NCBI RefSeq assembly: GCF_004010195.1
Contig: NC_057758.1
Location: 8,765,918 to 8,829,917, forward strand
Length of the DNA: 64,000 nucleotides
Direction of reading: 5' to 3'
DNA from: Chiloscyllium plagiosum
Taxonomy: Eukaryota
How positions within the stretch are numbered: position 1 is the stretch's first letter; each line of letters opens with the position of its first letter. Positions 10,770 to 23,115 of the stretch are shown piece after piece. Under the pieces are notes generated by a model that saw nothing but the letters and a program-made list of their open reading frames with translations, had not been told where the DNA came from and ran no database searches. A program made the translations under genes and the position numbers.

Positions 10770-12790
10770 ACAGTGAAACATCTCACAGAGCTTTTAAACC
10801 AATTGAGTATATTTATTTGTCAGTTTAAGGAATCATCACTACACACAATGCATCAAATGTTGCCGCCAAAAGCTCATGTACAGATGCAGTAAAATGTCCT
10901 GATAGCCTTTGCATGTAGTAGAATAATTCCATATACTTTCCTTATCACTTGCTGCATTGGCATACTAACCTTGTGTGACGTATGTACGAAGATGCACAAA
11001 TCCCGTTGTACCACTGAGTGTTGTGATCTCTCTCCTTTTAAGTACTTTACTGTTGTTTGACCCTTTTGTCACAGCATAAACTTCATTAGCCCAGGTTATA
11101 CTGTTTCTGTTGTAGGTTTACGCATTAACGTCCACTGTCTCTATCCCATTACAGACTCTCCACCTCCACTTGACACCATATTATTGACTATCTTGGTGGC
11201 TGAGCTAATTGAGCTCCAATCTAATCAGTCCCCACATCCAAATCATTGACAGGTTCGAAATAGTTGTTGATCTTGCACTGATCCCTATGGCACTCCACCA
11301 GGTTAAACTTTACCAAACTGAAAATAAACATCAATTCCTACTGTCTATTTCCTGACAGTTACCAAGGGTTCCCTGTTCCTGTGTAGTAGCCTAGAAAGGT
11401 TGGATGCCCTCCTCCTGTGCTGTATAATGTGCTCAAATGGCTGAATTACTTTATCATCTTCCTTTGTAAATCCTTAGAGAGGCAGAAATGTCTCCACATG
11501 CCGCATTGCTGACGGGCTGAATGGGACCATCCTCTCCCTCTGTAAAAGCAACGAGGGTTTGAGTGAGAGAACAAGACATGGGTTAGGAGCAGCAGGGTTG
11601 CCTTTCAGCCCCCTCGCCCCTGCTGCTCCATTCAGAATTCTCATTGTTGATGTGATTGTAGCTAAACATCCCGTTCCTGTCTGTTCCCACTAAACATGGA
11701 TTCTTTTGTTCATTACTGATCTATGGAACTCAACCTTGAATGTTTTCAGTAACCCAGTCTTCACTGCTCCTTGGACAGATCACACAGCCCGAAAGAGAAA
11801 GGAGCATCCGTGTCTCAGACTGAAATGGGAATGCCATTATTCTTAAAATATGTCCCCCTCAAGCCAATCACCACTCTTTTGAAACAAGGAGTCGACAATT
11901 AAAAACAGATATAGACCATTCAACCACTCAAACCTGTCCACAATTCCTATAACGCTCGACAATCAAATACTTAACAAATTTATCCTCAATCGAAGTTAGA
12001 TTAATTCCAGGTACCATAAGCTCACAAGAGTGTAGGAAATTCGGGCTCTGTACAGTACAGCACAATACAACCTTTCAGCCTTCAATGTTGTGCCAACATT
12101 TTTATCCTAGTCTAAGATTAAACTTATCTTCATACCCTTCATTTAATTTGTCTATCTAAGTTGCTTGAATATCCCTAATGTATCTGATTCTACTACCATC
12201 GCTGGCAGACCATTCCACGCACATTGTGTAAACAACCTACATCTGACATCTCCCCGAAGCCTTCCTCCAATCACTATAAAATTATGCTCCCTGCGTGTTA
12301 GCCATTTCCACCCTGGGGAAAAGTCTCTGGTTGTCCACTCTATCTATGCCTCAGCATCTGGCACACCTCTATTAAGTTAGCTCTCATTCTTCTTCACTCC
12401 AATGAGAAAAGCCTAGCTCACTCAGAAATCCTTCAAAAGACATGCCATGCAGCGCAGGCAACATCATGGTAAAACCTGTCTGCACCCTCTCGAAAGCTTC
12501 CATTTTTTTCCCAGATTGGAGCAACCAAACTCAACACAATAATTCATGTATGGTCTAACCAGGGCTTTATAGAGTTACAGCATAATTTCATGGCTCTTCA
12601 ACTCAATCTCCCTGTTAATGAAAACCTGCTCACCATATTCCTCTTAACACCCCTATCAACTTGAGTGGCAACTTGGTGATACCTATGGATGGGGGCGCTA
12701 AGATCCGTCCGTTCCTCCACACAGCCAAGAATGCTACGTTTGACCCTGTAATCTGCATTTGAATTCGACCTTCAAAAAAATAAGTCACTT
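10770..12790 (-). mobile_element. Cluster of antisense CR1 fragments
   Basis: Typical antisense CR1 text, e.g. gcactgatccctatggcactccac, ggtctaaccagggctttatagagtt and aatctcctgttaatgaaa. Confidence 0.7.
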
Positions 12791-13173
12791 CAGAAAATAG
12801 GAAATTGGAGCGGAATTAAGTCATTTAGCCAATCGGATCTGCTGTGCCGTTTGATCAAGGGTGAAATGTTTCTCAGCCGCATTCAATTGCATTCGTGAAC
12901 TGATCAATTGATTCCCTTATTAATGAAAAACGTCTTTATCTCTATTTTTTTCTGTGTGTGGGAGTGTGCATGTGTTTCCGTGTAAGTGTTCATATCTGTA
13001 TCTATATGAGTTGTGTATTTAATCTGTCTATGTATGTTTGTGTGTATCTCTGTCGTCATCTCTGTGAAATTTAGCCTTTGTAGTTTTGTGGTGAATCCAC
13101 TGAAACTGAGATCAACACCCTTCCCCCTTCCCCCATCTCTCCTGTCTGTCAATGTTAAGTGTAGAGTTATACG

Positions 13174-13208
13174 ATGTCACCCTCTGCTGGCCTCTCCATT
13201 CCACTACA
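13174..13208 (-). promoter_or_regulatory. CTCF-like binding motif (core plus upstream module)
   Basis: Minus strand TGTAGTGGA-ATGGAG-AGGCCAGCAGAGGGTGACAT. The core CCAGCAGAGGG fits the CTCF consensus, with a TGYAGT-type upstream module at plausible spacing. Confidence 0.45.
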
Positions 13209-13749
13209 CAAGTGTCAGATTTTTTCTCTCTCTCAGAGAACATCAAATCCTGTGAATCTCTTACATTGCGTAGATGTTTGGGTCTTCAAATTACGCCTTT
13301 TGAAGCACACATTAGTTTCACCTGATACCTAACGATGGTTTTCTTGAGATATTACCACCCTCGTTGTGTTAATTTCAGGACATTTCAATCCTTTCTCACT
13401 TATAATTTGTAAGAGTGCATTACAAAAGGTTTCAATTAAAGAACGTGCTATAAGCGCATTATATCACCTTACAAATGGTTCGGTCGACCTTGATTGGATG
13501 CAGTTGCAGTGGAAATACTCTATATTCTGTACACTCTGTTTCACGAATAACCTTCAAAGACAAATCACTACCAAGTTGTAGAAGGAGCACAGACATTACT
13601 CTACATGAGCATTCTCCACTCTTAGGGTCCTCAGTACAATGACGATCCTCCCTATACGTGCCTATATGTGTGTGTACGTGTGTGTGGTGATGGTCCTGTC
13701 AGTTTGGATGGTGTTGTGAGCTGCTTCCCTCCCAGTCTGAAACTCTGAT

Positions 13750-13880
13750 GTGAGAACATGAGGTCTGCAGATGCTGGAGATCAGAGTCCAGAGTGCGGTG
13801 CTGGAAAAGCACAGCAGGTCAGACAGCCTCCGAGGAGGAGGAAAATCAACGTTTTGGGTCGAACACTTCATCAGGAATGC
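13750..13880 (-). mobile_element. Penelope pseudo-LTR fragment
   Basis: Reverse complement reads ttcctgatgaag...aaacgttgattttcct...ctgacctgctgtgcttttccagca...ctccagcatctgcag. Confidence 0.8.
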
Positions 13881-13886
13881 CGTCAA

Positions 13887-13920
13887 TGTAGTAGAATGTG
13901 AAGGCCAGCAGAGGGGACAT
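13887..13920 (+). promoter_or_regulatory. CTCF-like binding motif (core plus upstream module)
   Basis: TGTAGTAGA-ATGTG-AAGGCCAGCAGAGGGGACAT, an inverted homologue of 13174-13208. Confidence 0.45.
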
Positions 13921-13949
13921 TTGTTCACTTTAAAAACCACAGAGGCTGA

Positions 13950-14200
13950 CAGATCTGCTATGCACACGGATACACACAGAGACACGCAGGTACACACAGA
14001 GACGAATACAGACATGCAAAGACACACAGAAATGAATGCAGATACACAGACACACACACACGGAAACTGATGCAGTCACACTGATACTAATACAGGCACA
14101 CAAAGACACATACCGATACACTGATGCACATGCACACACATATACACAGTCATCAATACAGGCATACTCTACACACAGTGACACACTGATGTTTGTACAG
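13950..14200. repeat. Degenerate (CA)n-rich low-complexity tract
   Basis: cacacaga/gacaca repeats. Similar tracts at 8430-8540, 9630-9730, 12950-13060, 21380-21440 and 21690-21775. Confidence 0.85.
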
Positions 14201-14377
14201 ACATGGAGAATCTGTCAGTATTTACTTTTTCGCGTGGTGACTTTCTCAATATTTCACTTGCTGTGTGTGGTGTGTGTCAATATTTCTGTTTCACTGCAGG
14301 AAATCACCTGCACCCTCTCTTTCGCTTCCACATCTTTTCTATGACAAAGCGACCAGAACTGAACACAATGCTCCACG

Positions 14378-14885
14378 TGTGGCAATGAACCCTTCCGCTA
14401 ATTGAACAAAACAGCCAGCAAACTCAACTCGTCTCGCAAGCTGTTAAAGTACGAATGACAAATTCCAAGTTCCACTCTTTAAGGATAAATAACATCAATT
14501 TATACCTGAACTCTAAAAGTGAACATAAAACAACAGCCATTCACAACTCTAAGCTCCTCTTTCTCTGAACTGATTGTTATCTGCCTCCAACTTTATAACA
14601 ACATAATTTTACTTTAAGAAAAGCCCATATTAAAATTACATTAACTTAATTTCAAAACCACACAGCATGCGTCATCTCCAGTGTCCTCCTTCCTTCAGCT
14701 GAAGATCTGCCTGTTTTTCTTCTGAATTTTAGTGCAAGGATGTTTCATACAAAAACGGTATCTTTGAAAGAGAGAGTTTTGCATGGCAGTCTCTCTCTAG
14801 ATGGCAGTTACTCTCAGTCTAGCTTTCGAACTGCCTGCCTCATTTTTTCCCCTCAACACTGGATCATCTCATTGGTTGGATGTTG
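14378..14885 (-). mobile_element. Probable LTR fragment (antisense), cut by gap
   Basis: Begins tgtggcaatgaacccttccgctaatt, whose reverse complement ends in CA. Composition is like the other Gypsy LTRs here. No internal region is visible. Confidence 0.35.
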
Positions 14886-15750
14886 NNNNNNNNNNNNNNN
14901 NNNNNNNNNNNNNNNNNNNNNNNNNNNNNNNNNNNNNNNNNNNNNNNNNNNNNNNNNNNNNNNNNNNNNNNNNNNNNNNNNNNNNNNNNNNNNNNNNNNN
15001 NNNNNNNNNNNNNNNNNNNNNNNNNNNNNNNNNNNNNNNNNNNNNNNNNNNNNNNNNNNNNNNNNNNNNNNNNNNNNNNNNNNNNNNNNNNNNNNNNNNN
15101 NNNNNNNNNNNNNNNNNNNNNNNNNNNNNNNNNNNNNNNNNNNNNNNNNNNNNNNNNNNNNNNNNNNNNNNNNNNNNNNNNNNNNNNNNNNNNNNNNNNN
15201 NNNNNNNNNNNNNNNNNNNNNNNNNNNNNNNNNNNNNNNNNNNNNNNNNNNNNNNNNNNNNNNNNNNNNNNNNNNNNNNNNNNNNNNNNNNNNNNNNNNN
15301 NNNNNNNNNNNNNNNNNNNNNNNNNNNNNNNNNNNNNNNNNNNNNNNNNNNNNNNNNNNNNNNNNNNNNNNNNNNNNNNNNNNNNNNNNNNNNNNNNNNN
15401 NNNNNNNNNNNNNNNNNNNNNNNNNNNNNNNNNNNNNNNNNNNNNNNNNNNNNNNNNNNNNNNNNNNNNNNNNNNNNNNNNNNNNNNNNNNNNNNNNNNN
15501 NNNNNNNNNNNNNNNNNNNNNNNNNNNNNNNNNNNNNNNNNNNNNNNNNNNNNNNNNNNNNNNNNNNNNNNNNNNNNNNNNNNNNNNNNNNNNNNNNNNN
15601 NNNNNNNNNNNNNNNNNNNNNNNNNNNNNNNNNNNNNNNNNNNNNNNNNNNNNNNNNNNNNNNNNNNNNNNNNNNNNNNNNNNNNNNNNNNNNNNNNNNN
15701 NNNNNNNNNNNNNNNNNNNNNNNNNNNNNNNNNNNNNNNNNNNNNNNNNN

Positions 15751-18700
15751 ACAGCGGGTCTTGGCAAGCCCAATCAGCCACATAGGCTAGGAGGGAACTC
15801 AATTGGTATTTGTTACAGTGTGTAAAATCCACATCCCTCAGCCCCCAGGAAGCTGCTATTGAGTGAGCTCCGTAAGAGGCCGCCTGTGATGCCAAATAAA
15901 AGATCCAAGCCGACTGTAAAGCTCTGTGTAGGCTGCCTGGGCAGCATCAAAAGGTGCATTTGCATGGGATATAATAAATGGGGGAATACATTCATGTTCA
16001 CCGGAGCTATTCGACCCAACCCGGATATCGAAACATCCTCCCAGTGCTGAAGGCCCTGCTTTATGTTCTCGAGCAACTGCAGGAAGATAGCTTTATTCAA
16101 TTGATTGAAGGCTGGGGTGATAAAACTGCCTCAATACAGGAAACCTCCCTCGGAGCATCTGAAAGGGAATCGGATTCCATCTCCAAGATCGGGTAGTTTA
16201 ATAAGACCCCCGACAGGCATGGACTCCGATTGCATAAAATTGATTTTATACCCAAGAACGATCCAAATACATTAATCACTTGGGGCACAGATATCATCGA
16301 GTCAGTTAGAAAGAAAAGAAAGTCATTTGCATAAAGTGTGATCTTATGCCATCCTGATCCTACCTCCAGGGCAGTTATATTGTGATCCCTCCGGATAGGC
16401 TCTGCCATCGGTTCAATCACCCATGTAAATAGTAACTGTGGAAGGGGATACCCTTGACGGCTGCCTCTTCCATTGCTAAAATTGTTAGACCTTATACCAT
16501 GAGTGAGAGACGCTGCTTTATAACCAGATAATACTGTCACCCATCTGGCAAAGGCCCCTCCAAGCCCAAACTATTCCAGGACATAGAAGAGATACGGCCA
16601 CTCCACTCGGTCAAAGGTGTTCTCTGCATCCACTACCAAGCCTGGAATCAACCCTTGCTGGCGCACCTGAACCATATTAGCACTTTCCTATTATTATTAG
16701 TCGACATGTGACCCCTAATAAAACCTGTCTGGTCCTATTTCACAATGAAGGTGAAGACCTTCTCCAGTGTCAACGCCAGTATTTTCACCAAAATATTAAG
16801 GTCCACGTTTAATAAAGATATGAAGTTCAATCCTCGGGAGAATAAGATAAATATTTCCTTCTCTAAGAGAGAGTGGGAGGCAGGCCTGGCAGTATGAATA
16901 ATTGCACAAAACCACCATTGGCCCAGCCGGCATGTCTATGAACTCCTTATAAATCCCACTTTAAAATCCATCTGGGCCCGGTGCTTTACCACTCTGGAGC
17001 TGCCTCATCGCTTCCTGTATCTTTTGGATTGTCAGGGGGCATTCGAAAGAGATGCCAGCCCTGAAGTTACACCTGGGAGGTCTAGGTTACTAAAAATGGG
17101 CTTCATTGTCGCCAATCTGTCCTCACAGCCCAGTGACTGGAACAGCCCAGAAAAGAACTTCATAAATGCTGCATTAATCTTTCTGGGATCGCAGGTGATA
17201 GTAACAGCACACTCCCTAATAGATATGATGGATGGGGAGCACTCTACTTTCTGGACAAATATGCGGATCTCTACCCATATTATCACCATACTCGAATATT
17301 CTCTGTTTCACAAACAAAATCGCTATCTTTGCTGTCTGGGTGAGCGCAGTGTTCAGAGCAGCCAGGAGCATTGCAATCTGTTGCAACTTGGTTTCAGACG
17401 GTCTGCCAAAATATGCTGTCTCAACTGCTTCTCTCCTTTCTAATGCTTCCAAGTCGCCGAGTAAGAAATAATAAAACCCCTTGCATAATTTGGCCAAAAA
17501 GCTGATATAGATGGTTCTTCTCAATGAGTAAAGCTACTCCTCTGCATCTTGAATTAAAGGATGAAAATAACACCCAACCAAACACTTTTTTCTGTAACTT
17601 TAAATATTCCTCATTAGTTAGATGTTCTTTCTCTTGCACCAAGGCTACATTGACCCTTTCCTTTCTAAGGCTTGAAAGCATCAATCCGTGAGTGACTCCC
17701 CTTAACGTTTCAGACTCACCATTTAAACATGCGGTTAGCCACAGCCATCCAAAACAGTCCTTGACCCACTTGTGAAGAAGGACCCCTTTTGTTGCGCACT
17801 GAGCGAAAGCAGTAAACAGTTCATATAAACTTGAAAATACAACTGCAAAAACTACCAAATCAAAACTTCTAACAACGCCGTGTACAATGAATCTACGTAT
17901 AACAAAAATAAGAGGAGATTCCCCCCCCACCTTCCCCACAGGGAGCGCTCATACTTCCCATTAATGCCCCATAGCGCCTAATAGCTGAAACTGCTCCCCA
18001 AACCTAGACAAAACAAAGTAAAAAACAGTTACATGTGTCTTACAACAAGAAAATTAAAAGTGGGCACTCAACCCGTCCCATTCATATCCAAGTCAGTCCT
18101 GGTTGAAAAATGCAACGCCCACCCCCAAACACTAACCCCATTCCGTAATAAAAAGAGAGAAACGAAAAGGAATTGATCGAGAAAAAAAAAAGGATAATGG
18201 GAGGGGAGGAAGAAAGGAGAAAAGAGAGAAAGAGAAATGAATTAAAAAACAGGTAAAAATGGCAAAACACAGAGGAAACAAAGAGAACATGTTTGTCAAC
18301 ATTACTTCAGCCAACCAGTCGATCTTAAGGTGTCCAGGACGTCCGTTGCATTTTCTCGTGAATCAAAATTAAACACGGAGCCTCCGTGATTGAAATGTAA
18401 TATTGTCGGGTATCTTACAGTATACTGAATATTCAATTCCCTCAGCCTCCTTTTTACCCTATCAAAGGCTTGCCTCTTGTGGACCATAGCCATAGAAAGG
18501 TCCTGGAAAAGCATAATTCGTGCTCCTTTGGATATAAGAGCTTGTGGATCCTTCCCCATTGCTGGAGACCCATTTGTTTGTCGCCATAGTGCTGGAGGTG
18601 CACAAGGACTGGGCGGTGGTGCTGGTCTGACCCGGGCTTGAGCACTGCGACTTGGTGGGCCTGCTCGACCTGCACCAAGCCCGCCTCGAATTCCAGCTTC

Positions 18701-19327
18701 AAAAACTATCGAAACCATTGCTCCAAAACTGACGGGCTGGCCTTCTTCTTCCTGTCCCACCAGCCTGACCAGGCAGATAATCTTAGGACGGCCTCGATTT
18801 TCGAAGTCGACCTGCTCCTCCAAGGCCAGTACCCGCCATCCCAAGGCCTGGACCGGACCGGATGAGGATTCCACTGCAGTTTCAGAGGACACAGTCCACT
18901 GCTCCACTTCCATGACATGTGTCTGAGACTCTGGATCTCCTAGTCATGCTTCTGCAGCATGGCCGAGATCGGTTCCAGCCTGTTCTGGGTCTCCTTCGTC
19001 TCTGAATCAATTTTCTCTCGGAGTTTTACGTACTCCATGACCAAGCTCTGCTCTAAAGGGAAGTCCCCTGGCGGGTTCGCAGAAGCCGACGCCACGGCCA
19101 TTGGTGTATCCATTCCTGGAGGGCAGTGCCTGCTAGTTGTGATCCACGTGGTCCTTTACAGTTAGTCATTTTCCTTACTCACTTCAACTGACATACAGCA
19201 ATACAGGGGATCGGTATTTTTACCATAATGGGTAAGAAAGAGAAGGTGAATGCACCACTTTGTATGGGTTCTGGTGTAGAGCTGAGCAGGGCAACCTATT
19301 GGGTCGCCAATATCTTGGATCTCCCCC
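15751..19327 (-). mobile_element. L1-clade LINE, degenerate, 5' end preserved: ORF1 (~19160-18302) and ORF2 APE+RT (~17750-15751), running into a gap
   Basis: ORF1 ENRGR..IC..., AHQV...RPVLVHL, IMLFQDLS...RYPTILHFNHGGSVFNFDS (L1 ORF1p RRM/CTD). ORF2 VALVQE.EHL, RGVALLI, GRGSRQGYPLPQLLF and KITLYAND (YADD). Confidence 0.93.
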
Positions 19328-19906
19328 GAAAAGAAATCACCTTTAATGACTTTATTTAAAATGGTTTGAAGCTTCATTGTCTTGAAGACAGAGACAATGG
19401 AAAACCAATAGATGTGATGTTTTTAGATAATCAGGGTTAAAAGCTCAGACAGTGAGTAGTAAATAATTTTAAACCAAAGCGGTTAATGTGGGACATTTGG
19501 AAATGGAAAGGTAAAAGTGAAGTTGGCCTTCATTGAAAGGGAACGGGAACATAGAGGTAAAGACATTCTGCACAGACTACATGGAGTGCGGATGAGACTA
19601 TACCTGTGTTCTGTGCTGTATGACCTCCTACTTTAATGGTGTTTCTGTGTAGTCTGTGGGAAAGTTGTCACAAGCTCTCAGATGTTAGGAAGGAGATCTC
19701 TGCAGGGTAGACAGGATTGTGTGTACTGATCCATTTTCCGAGACCGCGGCTGGTGCCGGGTGTTCGGTCTGGTTTTATTCTTTAAGATCTCGGAATAGTT
19801 TGCAAAAAATGAGTGTCTTGCTTGGCCGATTCAGAGACTATTGAATAGTTTATCACTTATCTGTGTGTCTGGAGTCACTTTAGGGCACACCNNNNNNNNN
19901 NNNNNN

Positions 19907-20640
19907 GTGATTGTACTGAGGGAGTGGTGATTGGTCAGATTGCAATTATTCCCGTTTTAGGGGACGGGACATAGCTGAGTAATTTTGCACATTACCAGGG
20001 AGATGTCAGAGTTGGAGCTGGAATGAAACAGCTTCCCCAGGGACACGGCTTGTTGTGCAGCACAAGTCTTCAGTCCAATTGCGGGAATGGTGTCAGGGCC
20101 TATTGCCTTTGTCGTATCTACTGTGTTCAGCTGTTTCTTCATGTCACGTGCAGCGAATCGAATTGGTTGAAGACTGGCATCTGTGATTCTGTGGGCATCA
20201 AGGCGATGGTGAGTTGGATCATCGATTCAACACTTCTGGTTCAGGATGGTACAGATACGACATCCTTGTCTTTTACTCTGATGTGTAGGCCTGTTCCATT
20301 ATTTATGATGGGGATGTTTGTGGATCCCTTTCCTCCAGTCATTTGATTAATCGTCCATCACCATTCATGACTGAATGTGACAGGACTGCGGAGTTTCAAT
20401 CAGATCTGTTGCTCAAGTTCGGTAACATTAACGGTTTAGGTTCACGTGGTTCTGATCCTGACATGTTCACCCACAATCATTACTGAAACATAGATCGTGT
20501 TGATGGTACTGGCAACAAAGGGGATTATCCAAAGGAAAATGCTAGAGGTGGTGGTTGAATGCTGTTCTGCTTCTCCTGCTGCTGTGGTCTACAGCACTAC
20601 ATAAACACGCAGTTTTGAGTTGCAATATCTGCAATGCAAT
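19907..20640 (-). mobile_element. CR1 family B RT fragment (second copy ~32700-33440)
   Basis: KKQLNTVDTTKAIGPDTIPAIGLKTCA...LGKLF is the CR1 RT domain 0 signature. Confidence 0.85.
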
Positions 20641-20969
20641 TCTGCTGCCTGTCCCCTAGTTCACATCGAGACCCTTTCACCCATCAGCCCTGTACTCAGT
20701 GACCTACTCTGGTTTCTGATGTGGTAACACTTTCATTTTCATATTCTCATTCTTCTGAGATCATGCTTCCAATCTGACACGTTCCATAAAAAAAATTAAC
20801 TGGTTTTAATTCAATTGTTTAATTCATCTGAATCTTTTTTCCTTGAGTCATACCATCTTCTGTGTTTAAACTGAATGTGTTTCCCTCTGTTTCTCTCCCT
20901 GACCATGATTAAGAGCTGTGTAGTGTCAGTGATGCCAGCCTTAGGTAGTTTCAGAGCCAATTAATTCTC

Positions 20970-21230
20970 TGAATTCCCAATCTTCTTCACCACGTTGTAT
21001 GTTTCCTCTTTTGGTTTGATGCCTTACCACCCATGGCTGCCTTGTCCTCCGATGAGTATGTTTCATCTTTTTGTGACAATTTCCGGTATCCTCCGAATTA
21101 TCCACAGAAATTCCTGCCATGGTTGTTCCATGGTCTTCCCTGCTCGGCTCCCCTTCCAATTAACTCTGGCCAGCTCCTCCTGCATGTCTTTGTAGTTACG
21201 TTGCTCAATTATAATCACATTACATCAAGA
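20970..21230 (-). mobile_element. CR1 fragment (post-endonuclease region; second copy ~33770-34030)
   Basis: NYKDMQEELARVNW...TMEQPWQ.FLWII...QPW. Confidence 0.75.
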
Positions 21231-22434
21231 AGACTGCAATAGAAATAAACTGAAAGAAGGGGTTTTGAGAGATGGGACAGAAAGAATAATTGGCAGATTT
21301 CTTAACTAGAAACAAAGAGAGATACGAGAGAGAGGATATAGATGAGGAAATGTGAAAAATGTGAAAACTAGATTATTGATTCTGTGTCTGTGTGTCTATG
21401 CGTGTGGGTGTGTTTGTCTGTGTGTGTTTCTGTGTGTGTCAATGGTGTTGTAAGCTGCTGCCCTCCCTCTGTCCCTCGTTAACAGAATCCCTGATGATTT
21501 TCACCCTCCTCTCCCACCTGTACAGCGGTGTGGGTAGGCCCTCAGAGACTGACAACAACAGAAAGCAGAGCAGGACTGGCAGAATCTGTGGACAGAAATG
21601 AATGTTAACGTTTCAGGTAGAGTGACCCTTCCTCATGTCAGGGGGATATTGCATCACTTTAAGCACCATAGAGACTGCCAGACTCTCCCCACACTGATAC
21701 ACACAGATACACACAAACACTAATACAGAGACATAGAGACACTAACTAATACGCAGAACTAATACAGACAGAGAGCGTCAGTCAGTATTTCTCTTGCTTC
21801 ATGTTTTTCCTGTTAATATTTCACTTACTCTGTCTGGTGTGTGTCAGTATTTAATTCTGTCCTCAGGGAGTGTGTTAGTATTGCACTTGCTCACAATAGT
21901 GAGTGAGTCGGTATTTCTGTGTTTCATGCGTCTGTATGAAAATTTCAATGTTTTCAGATACCAAACCTGGAACAATGATAAAGTTTGTGATGGGTAGTGT
22001 GGAACTCCAACAGGACAGTGACACGTTGGTGTAGTTTTCAGGTGTATGGCAGATGAGGTTCAATGCAGGGCAGTGTGAGGTGATGCACTTCGGTAGGAAG
22101 AGCATTGAAATACAATGTGAAACAGTATGTAAAAGGGGTGCAGGAACAGAAGGCCCTGGGTGTACATGAGCACAGATTATTGAAAATTTCAGGACAAGTG
22201 GGGACAGCAGTAACTATCACAGATTAGTTTCAGTATTTGAGTTGTTTACAGGAGGAGATGTCGGAGGGAGCCTCCTGGGAGGTGGTGGTGACCACCGAGG
22301 CCGTAGGGATTCCACTTGGACCAGTTCAGCACAAAAGGGAGAGGGCATCAGGACGACGCTTCTAAGTTGTGCCGGGGGTGAACGGAGCTGCCACTGGGTT
22401 TAAACGGAGAATTGCCCTTCACTGAAGATTGCTC

Positions 22435-23115
22435 ATAACTCGGTTGGTGGGACGTGGATGTTTCAGAATCTCCAGACGAGGCATCCCGGTCCTCTCCGGC
22501 TCCTACCAGGGTCCTCCCCTCATGGCAGGGGGAGGGGTGTGTGACGGAATGGATATCCCGCACTCCACCAACCAGCTTGGAACTTTCTGTCCTATTCAAG
22601 GCTGTTTCTCCTGGAATGGGAGAAAGGGAGGGAGCGAGTGAGGTTGGGAGTGGGTGGCCTTACTGATAGTGTTTGTGCAGGTGGGGAGGGTGGACATGGT
22701 GAGGTGTCCGGAGGGAGTCAGCCCACAGTGATGTGTCCATGCAATGCTGTTAGTGTAAGGGGCGTAGTGGAGGGCCGGGGGAGGTGGCAGCGAAGATGAT
22801 GCAGTGAGAGTGGTGGGGAATGAGCCTTGTTCGTGAGTTGGTGCTATAACAGATATACAGTGAGTGTGAGGGAACAGAGAAAATACAGTGTCCCTTATCC
22901 TGATAGAGCGGTGAAGGTTATTTATGCTTGTCCTATATTGCTGGACATTTTTCCAGACTGCAGATACTGCACTGAGCTGGGTGGTGAACTCAGACCATGT
23001 TCGGGTGGTGTGGCCCCCTCTGGGAAGAGAATGGTCCTCCTCTGTACTAGCCCATCCACCAGGACCTCCTTGTCCTTGTCAACAAACCATCGTATATTTG
23101 CCCCTCATTTGGCAT
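22435..23115 (-). pseudogene. PIF/Harbinger transposon Myb/SANT-like (trihelix) gene relic with two exons (23115-22899 and 22610-~22435)
   Basis: Exon 1: WFVDKDKEVLVDGLVQRRTILFP / TRTWSEFTTQLSAVSAVWKNVQQYRTSINNLHRSIR, with a degenerate donor ATAAGG. Exon 2 follows ttctcccattccag: EK.ALNRTESSKLVGGVRDI...AGEDRD. The GC-rich block spans ~22230-23340. Confidence 0.72.

Larger units (their letters stand above)
19612..21379. repeat. Dispersed direct duplication of 32121-34184
   Basis: Near-identical from tg.tgtatgacctcct to aaactagattattga. About 300 bp of the second copy is replaced by a 15-N gap in this copy. Confidence 0.95.

Noticed and set aside
13255..13560. Cys-containing minus-strand peptides (ECTEY, YFHCNC, GLKCP...GETNVCFK) suggestive of TNFR, EGF or Ly6 domains
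   Set aside because: They fit several unrelated families equally poorly, have weak splice sites and a stop, and are likely pattern over-reading.
13662..14344. His/Thr- and Cys/Val-rich ORFs
   Set aside because: They are translations of CA/TG microsatellite.
18302..18913. 203-aa ORF as a possible domesticated L1TD1-like gene
   Set aside because: It is frameshifted ORF1 within a decayed L1.
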